Below, one piece after another: positions 10,616 to 16,901 of a stretch of DNA of 16,901 bases (position 1 is its first letter; every line of letters starts with the position of its first letter). The notes under the pieces are model-generated. The model did not search any database, was not told the DNA's origin, and saw nothing but the letters and a program-made list of their open reading frames with translations. Origin of the DNA: Ginkgo biloba (lineage: Eukaryota; Plantae; Ginkgophyta); assembly GCA_024626585.2 (NCBI GenBank), contig JANKJI020000002.1, forward strand, positions 235,138,722 to 235,155,622, in the 5' to 3' direction. A program made the position numbers and the translations under genes.

Positions 10616-10796
10616 NNNNNNNNNNNNNNNNNNNNNNNNNNNNNNNNNNNNNNNNNNNNNNNNNNNNNNNNNNNNNNNNNNNNNNNNNNNNNNNNNNNNN
10701 NNNNNNNNNNNNNNNATCATTGAACCACTGGAAGTTCTTGTTAAATCAATATAATGAAAAATATATTTATATTTTAAAATATGGAATATTTAAAAT

Positions 10797-10840
10797 TCTC
10801 TCTCTCTCTCTCTCTCTCTCTTTATACACACACACACACA
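10797..10840. repeat. Compound microsatellite (TC)12-tttat-(AC)7
   Basis: Directly visible: (TC)n at 10797-10820 and (AC)n at 10826-10840. Confidence 0.95.
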
Positions 10841-11368
10841 TAACTTAATTAAAGGCTAACCTTAAAACATTAGTAACATTTTTTTTAAAAATAATATTTA
10901 CGGTTATTTGCGGCCTATTCCTCCTCCCTGCGGCCCGTTTGGACTGTACGTTCACTTGCAATGACCCATTTTTCCAATGAATTTGATCAACCTTGTGCAC
11001 TCAATGACAACCCTTAATGTTGATCACCTAATGATCATTCATCCCTATAACACAATAATGGCCCATTTGGATGATTGCTCACTCTCACAATTGCATACGG
11101 ATGCTCATTCCTTCTCCTCTCAGGGCTTAGCTTCCATTTTTATTCCAGGACTGCAATCATTTTTATTTTATTTGTTTGTAATAGTTGGTCTCTCTACATA
11201 ATATCCCAAGCTTGTAATTATTCCTCAAACTATCTCAACAATCATTATTTCTTGATTGCAAGTGGCTAGGGTTTGTATAAGGTCACCCAGTCTTTAAAAT
11301 TTATCTTAAATTTTTCTTGCTGAAATATGAACCTACATACATTCACCAACAATAATAGAGATCCAATA

Positions 11369-11380
11369 GCTTTGATACCA
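11369..11380 (-). promoter_or_regulatory. Retrotransposon primer-binding site complementary to the 3' end of initiator tRNA-Met
   Basis: The minus strand reads ...TTAGCA|TGGTATCAAAGC. This is the canonical plant PBS TGGTATCAGAGC with one G>A change, directly after an LTR-type terminal CA. Confidence 0.8.
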
Positions 11381-11562
11381 TGCTAAATTTTGAATAATGA
11401 TAGGATCTTTTAATCTTTATCACATCTGTAGGTATAAATATTAAACAAAACATGCATGTTTAACATAACCAAATAATGTACATATTTGAACAGTAATAAT
11501 AATAATCACAATTGCACAATTGATCAAGAATAACATTCACATAATGAGACAATGGTTTATGA
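11381..11562 (-). mobile_element. 3' part (U5 side) of the 5' LTR of a tRNA-Met-primed LTR retrotransposon; the internal leader extends leftwards from 11368
   Basis: AT-rich segment ending in CA adjacent to the PBS on the minus strand. It stops abruptly at the compositional jump at 11563. Confidence 0.6.
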
Positions 11563-12198
11563 TGTAGGGACATCCGACGCTCGCTACGTCAGTGGGCCGA
11601 CGGGCATCGGCTAGGGCAAAATTAACAAGCATTGACAAAGAGTAGCACTGACGGGAGTACTGACCTCGTCAATAAAATCAAATGAGTCAGGGCACGTCGG
11701 TAGGGAGAAAATTGACTTCGTCGATGAAGGTAGAACCCAACATCCGTCAGTGAAGCATAAACTGATGTCATCGATGGAGACAATCAATGAGTGTTGGCTA
11801 GCAGGAGATTGACGACGTCGACATAGCAACAAGCTGACATGCGTCAAAGGAGGATCGACAGACCCCGTCGGATGGAAGAAAACTAACGAAAGGCAGCATA
11901 AGCGAACTGACATCGGATAAGATTGATGAAGGGAAGGATCAACTCGCGTTGGTGAGCTGAACCACATGGGTACACCTTTGAGGGATGTCGATGAAATAAC
12001 ACTTCGGTGAACGTTGTAGGCATTTAAGGGTGAAACTATTGTAGAGTTAATACTCACCTAATAGAGCCATTGAGGCTAGGAGATCCGTTGTGCACAGGAA
12101 TAGGGGATCCGTTGGATCCATGCCTATAAATATACCCTGCAAGGAGTCATTTGGGGGAGATGCCGGAGAGAGTAACAAAGTGCTGTCGGATTGAGGAG
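11563..12198 (+). mobile_element. CpG-rich LTR (U3 and promoter region), probably Ty3/Gypsy, truncated by a gap
   Basis: Begins TGTAGGGACATCCG with a sharp GC/CpG increase (over 30 CpG by hand count in about 635 bp). It has recurring (g/a)tcgatg(a/g)a sub-repeats and an LTR-type CCTATAAATA box at 12123-12132. Confidence 0.68.
12123..12132 (+). promoter_or_regulatory. TATA box of the LTR promoter
   Basis: CCTATAAATA, the classic plant and LTR TATA context, about 560 bp downstream of a TG-initiated LTR start. Confidence 0.6.
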
Positions 12199-12298
12199 NN
12201 NNNNNNNNNNNNNNNNNNNNNNNNNNNNNNNNNNNNNNNNNNNNNNNNNNNNNNNNNNNNNNNNNNNNNNNNNNNNNNNNNNNNNNNNNNNNNNNNNN

Positions 12299-13289
12299 AG
12301 TCGTGCACAATGAATAGTGCTAGCCAAGGAAATAATATTCAGAAGGTAATATTCTCTCCCTTCCTTGGTGACGTGAAGTCAACTCACCAGTGACAAGGGA
12401 AAGAATCTTTGATCAGAATATTCCCTCTTTGATAGTATTCACCCCCATAAGGGAACCAATGAAGGAATAATCCCTTCGCTCACAAGCCTTTAAGCACCTT
12501 TTGGCCTTTAAGCTCTTGATTTCATCCTTCGCCCATGTGACCCTGAAAAGTCCTAAGCCTCCCTAGGGTGTTGTACAACATTTTGCCCAGCCTGTAATAT
12601 ATTTCTGGAATCTACATGCCATAGGATTTCTCTTGAGCTTGTTTTCATCAATATCCCCTCTAACACATTTTTGGTTAATTCAACGAAATATTCAGTCGAG
12701 GGCTAGCCCTCTTTAAATCTCCCTATACACTCCTTGTCGAAACCACCTCAAATGAAGTTAGATTGAGCCAAAATTTGATATGTATGTCTATCCCAATGTC
12801 AAACATCTCCCTGCAAAGTCTCAGATCCTAATTCCATCTCTATAGTGAGTAATTAACCTCATAACCTAGAAAACCCTATGTATCCATGTAAGTTGAAATT
12901 CTCTTAACCCAATAACTCTCATTCCAGGGATTCGTAGAAGCCAAAACTTTAGGATTAAGCATTTACTTATGCTTTGAATAAAATATTGATTTCCATTCTT
13001 TCTCATTCCACCTCTGACATGCCTAACTAAGCACTTGCATCCATTGCCTTACACGACATAATGTTTTCTTATTAAAGATTTTTGCTTATCGCTTTGTTAC
13101 TTGTGATCCAACGTAATATTGCCTCTAGTGGATGAACCTCTAATGGGTCTATTATTAGTGGTAGGACCCTTATTCGATGAATGATGAAATCCAAATCAAA
13201 TCCAACTTTCAACATTGCTTCCTAGGTTAGCTCCCTAGGTGGTGCATTCGTACCGACCATTCTAGAGATAAAAAAAATTGCCATCAACA
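12299..13289 (-). mobile_element. Retroelement-derived fragment with an LTR-like terminus at 13289
   Basis: The boundary reads AAAATTGCCATCAACA on + (TGTTGATGGCAATTTT on -), an LTR-type end, followed by a switch to very AT-rich DNA. The interior has a partly open minus frame. No matching second terminus is visible. Confidence 0.35.
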
Positions 13290-13939
13290 CCACTCTAAAA
13301 GAAAACTAGAACTATCATTATGACAAGAAACAAAGTGTGCTACCACTTGCAAAACATCACAATCAAGTTACTCATTATGTTAAATTTTAATTCATTATAA
13401 AATTTTATGAAGTTTTTAATAAATGATAGAAGGCATAGAGATTTAGGCAATCATCATACTTTTTAGCAAAAAACTATTACCCAATAAATTTGCTATGATT
13501 TATAAGACAACATACAAGCACAAAAAATTGGTATAAACATATGTGTCTTATCTGTCTCCAAGCATATGCACAATAATTTGTCACAAAGGTGCACTGATTT
13601 CAAANNNNNNNNNNNNNNNNNNNNNNNNNNNAAAAAAGGGCATTTAATACAAAAAAAAAAAGAAAAAAAAAAAAGCTAAATAAGAAAAGTATAAGAAAGA
13701 AATTGTATTGAGTGTTCGTATTTTTGAAATTTGCTATGAAACCGGGAGGAAGAGCTATAATCACATGCAACACTCAAATCCCCAAGTGTCAACATACAAA
13801 TGTTTTTTAATTTTGGCAATATTATATATTTCAATCAATNNNNNNNNNNNNNNNNNNNNNNNNNNNNNNNNNNNNNNNNNNNNNNNNNNNNNNNNNNNNN
13901 NNNNNNNNNNNNNNNNNNNNNNNNNNNNNNNNNNNNNNN

Positions 13940-14507
13940 GATGAGGGTTCTCATCATCATGTCTTGAAAATTTAGGTAGTGAAGAGGGTATCTCTTTTGG
14001 GAGAGGGGGCTAAGATGGATTTTGAACAATGGGATTGTTGGATAACTAGATGGACAATGAAGAGTTAAAGCCTTCTAAGTAAGGTAAACACAACTCTAAT
14101 TGAGGTTGAGTAGGAGTCAGGATTCATGTTTGAGCAGATAGAATTAGTTGTGATGGGATTGCCTATGGTTGATGCATTTATTGTTGAACAGGCAATTGTG
14201 GAATGAATGCTTATGGAGGAGAAATCGTTAAACTCTATCAATTAGCAATTTGTTGAGTTGATGGGGTGAATGTTAGAAGTTGAAAAGGATTGTACATGAA
14301 CCCAAATGGTATATGTTGCAGATGTAGGGTTGTCCAAATTGATATGGAATGTGTGGTTAGAATCCTACTTGAACATAAGGGTTATATGTAGGCATTTTGA
14401 TATGGTGCAAACCCTTGAGGCACGAGCATGAAAGGTGACATCATGGTGGTATATGATGGTACACTCGCATAATCAAGCATCATCTAACCTAATAGATAGA
14501 GAACCAC
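13940..14507 (-). pseudogene. gag: Ty3/Gypsy gag N-terminal fragment (low-complexity region plus start of the capsid domain)
   Basis: The minus strand gives MPTYNPYVQVGF*PHIPYQFGQPY (14395-14324) and NNPIVQNPS*PPLPKEIPSSLPKFSRHDDENPH (14039-13941; canonical LPKFxG..E(D/N)PxxHL). It is homologous to 14886-14976 (+) and bounded by gaps on both sides. Confidence 0.75.
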
Positions 14508-14612
14508 NNNNNNNNNNNNNNNNNNNNNNNNNNNNNNNNNNNNNNNNNNNNNNNNNNNNNNNNNNNNNNNNNNNNNNNNNNNNNNNNNNNNNNNNNNNNN
14601 NNNNNNNNNNNN

Positions 14613-16901
14613 ACAAACCCTATTTTATGGGATCCATATAATCTTGAAGTTAATCCCCTTATGAAAATGATCCAAAACATATGGATAATCACCATATACT
14701 CCTTATTGTACTCCATTATATACCAATCCATATGGATCTATGCAACCCAACCAACCATATTATCCATCATTCTAACCATCCCAAAACCTCTTAGGAGGAA
14801 ATATGAGTCCACATTCCCTAACAAAACAATAATAAATAATATNNNNNNNNNNNNNNNNNNNNNNNNNNNNNNNNNNNNGCTTACTAATAATCCCATTCTT
14901 TTCAATCTATATTAGTCACCTTTACTAATAGAATTTCATGCATCTATGTTTTATAAAGGATGATGAGAACCCTCATTAACACCTAACTAAATATAGGGTA
15001 TGGCACAATGCACATGATTTTGATGACTTTATTAAGTTGAGGTGTTTCCAATGTCCCCTCACTAAGGATGTTTCAATATGGTTTACACAACTATCTCATC
15101 NNNNNNNNNNNNNNNNNNNNNNNNNNNNNNNNNNNNNNNTCAATTAAGGGACATCTTCCTAAAAAGGTTTGAGTCTTTTGTGTCATGCTTTGATTCTACC
15201 AAAATTCTCATGACAATTTTCTATACAAAGTCCTATTACATCCATAGCCTAACATATAAGAAATTGGATACTAGTTAGATTAAAATGTCCATATGTCTTC
15301 CCAAAAAAAGTTGGTCAATGGTTTGTAGAGTCTTCTCCCACAATATTATTTCTATGTCATGACCAAGAGATCAAGCGCGAAAAATCATACTACTCATAAA
15401 TCATTACATCTTGATGTATGCCTATAATAGTCTATATATTCCAACATCATTACCTTTTCTCATTCTAATTGAATTGAACCTCTCATATGCCTACTTCCCC
15501 CACAGGTTGGAGATGGAATTATTGGTTACCCCTTTTATTCTAGTACTCCATCTAAGTGAGATATTTTAAGCCTTGTAATCACTCCAAATCCTCCTTTACT
15601 ACCCAATACCAAAATTAACTTGGTTGATAACCAAGTTAATCCACCATTAAATAACTCCCCTAATAATATTCCCAATAGTTCCCTCTCGTAATCTCAACTA
15701 AAACCATAACCATAAGCTCCATCAAAATTAGAATCTAAATCATAATCCTAAGCAAAACAGGAGGAACACTTTTGGTTAGAAAGAGTAGCATGATAGAGAT
15801 CATTTCTATAATAGGGGGAAAATATAACGTCCAAATTATGATGATGCTAAATAACCACCCAAATGGTGTGACTATTTCTAAAATCCCATCCATAACCAAG
15901 AGGAATGTATGTCTTAGACTAGAGATTGTAGGTATATGTAAGAGTATGGACTCACTTTTTCTCCTAACTAAGAGGCTTTTATTAAACATCCACTAATTCA
16001 ATTTCTTAAGGCTTCTAATCCAACAACGTATCCTCCATAACCACCACCTTAATAAACCAACATTATTGCATGGATCCTACCATTCTTACATTAATAAAGG
16101 ATTGACCCCATCGACATTTAATGATATCCTCCATGTAGGACTTAAAGATGTAGTCCTTATTACTACAAGATCAATGTCCCAATAATATCAGGATATTCAT
16201 ACACTCCCTAAGCCAAATAATTTAGTACTCCCTCGTAGATACATAAATCAACAATATTTCTAGTTCAAATCCCTAGACTATAATGTAATAAAGTCACTAC
16301 CCATAAGAAATATCCAAATCCTTATGCCAATTTTAATATCATAGAGGAGTTGGAAACTATCCCTTTAAACATTTCCTTTTTAAATATTTTATAAATATGT
16401 CCTCAATAAATAACTCATTTTTTAAGGATTTAAATATTATAAGAACTACACTTTATAAACTTATTGTATTTAAACCATATACTATTATGAAAGAGAGTGT
16501 TACTACATTGAAACCATTCAAAATTATAATCCATATTAGTCATATAAAATTTTGGAGGTACATTATTGACAAAGGCTCAACCATATCAATAATGTTCCTA
16601 TAAGCTTATAAAAAATTAAGATTTCACATGTCATGCTTAGCACATATATATTGCATGCATGGGATAATTTTTCTAGTCCATCTAGAAGTACCCTTAAGAG
16701 TCTCCTTATAACTTTTGAGGTTAAAATAATTTTTATCTACGTGGAAGTTTCTTGTAATGACCTGCAATACAACGTCCTCTTAGGAAAATATTATATTATT
16801 CCCATGGGGGAATTGGCGTCATCCTTATATGATATGATTATATTCCCCTTATATAGAACTATCATGAATTCCCACCAATCCAAGAATGATGAAAAGAATG
16901 A
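14613..16901 (+). mobile_element. gag-pol: Ty3/Gypsy (Tat/Ogre-like) gag, zinc knuckle and aspartic protease pseudogene, continuing past the window end
   Basis: Gag core: DDENPH*HLTKY...DDFIKLRCFQCPLTKDVSIWFTQL...QLRDIFLKRF (14959 to about 15170). Zinc knuckle: KWCDYF*NPIHNQEEC 15861-15908 (CX2HX4HX4C type with H>F). Linker: ITTRS at about 16160 and FNIIEELETIPLNISFLNIL*ICPQ at 16332. Protease: PFKIIIHI...RYIIDKGSTISIM (IIDKGS 16562-16579), LQYNVLLGKYYI (YNVLLG 16768-16785) and ASSLYDMIIFP. Multiple stops and frameshifts. Confidence 0.92.

Larger units (their letters stand above)
1304..15139. other. Assembly gaps (13 N-runs) scattered through this span
   Basis: N-runs at 1304-2062, 2428-2437, 3385-3484, 4624-4723, 6472-6571, 7644-7743, 10616-10715, 12199-12298, 13605-13630, 13840-13939, 14508-14612, 14843-14878 and 15101-15139. 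Seven are exactly 100 N, i.e. placeholders of unknown size. Confidence 0.97.

Noticed and set aside
11611-12057. 148-aa minus-strand ORF
   Set aside because: It is Ser-rich with no motif and lies within the GC-rich LTR, where stop codons are rarer.
11563-13289. A single solo LTR from TGTAGG to TCAACA
   Set aside because: The termini match only at TGT/ACA, the flanks TATGA and CCACT are not a target-site duplication, and CpG content differs on the two sides of the gap.
13631-13700. A-rich run as a LINE or SINE poly(A) tail
   Set aside because: It is adjacent to a gap, with no recognisable element body or target-site duplication.
1-16901. A novel multi-gene system (for example an RT-based defence or retron-like locus)
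   Set aside because: Both RTs are eukaryotic non-LTR type and pseudogenised. There is no intact ORF, operon structure or ncRNA, and adjacencies across placeholder gaps are uncertain.

Overview
AT-rich, CpG-poor eukaryotic DNA from a fragmented scaffold with 13 N-runs, seven of them exactly 100 N. It reads as a plant transposable-element graveyard. A large gymnosperm- or fern-type genome is my inference from motif style, not proven. I found no intact gene, RNA gene, CRISPR array or prokaryotic system. Manual translation through stops and frameshifts shows six things. (1) A heavily decayed L1-clade LINE ORF2 (APE endonuclease, linker, RT) on the minus strand at about 7310-4724. (2) A second, better preserved L1/Tx1-like RT fragment at 8310-7744 (-). 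(3) A Ty3/Gypsy (Tat/Ogre-like) gag, zinc knuckle and protease pseudogene at 14613-16901 (+). (4) A related gag fragment in the opposite orientation at 14507-13940 (-). (5) A tRNA-iMet primer-binding site plus LTR remnant, apparently interrupted by a CpG-rich LTR with a TATA box. (6) A 198-bp tandem duplication and a compound microsatellite. The most interesting leads are a recurrent Pro/Tyr/Gln/Asn-rich (prion-like) segment N-terminal to Gag, a decayed non-gag/pol accessory ORF, and paired MSA-like (AACGG) motifs just upstream of the LTR TATA box. All three are modest and inferential.
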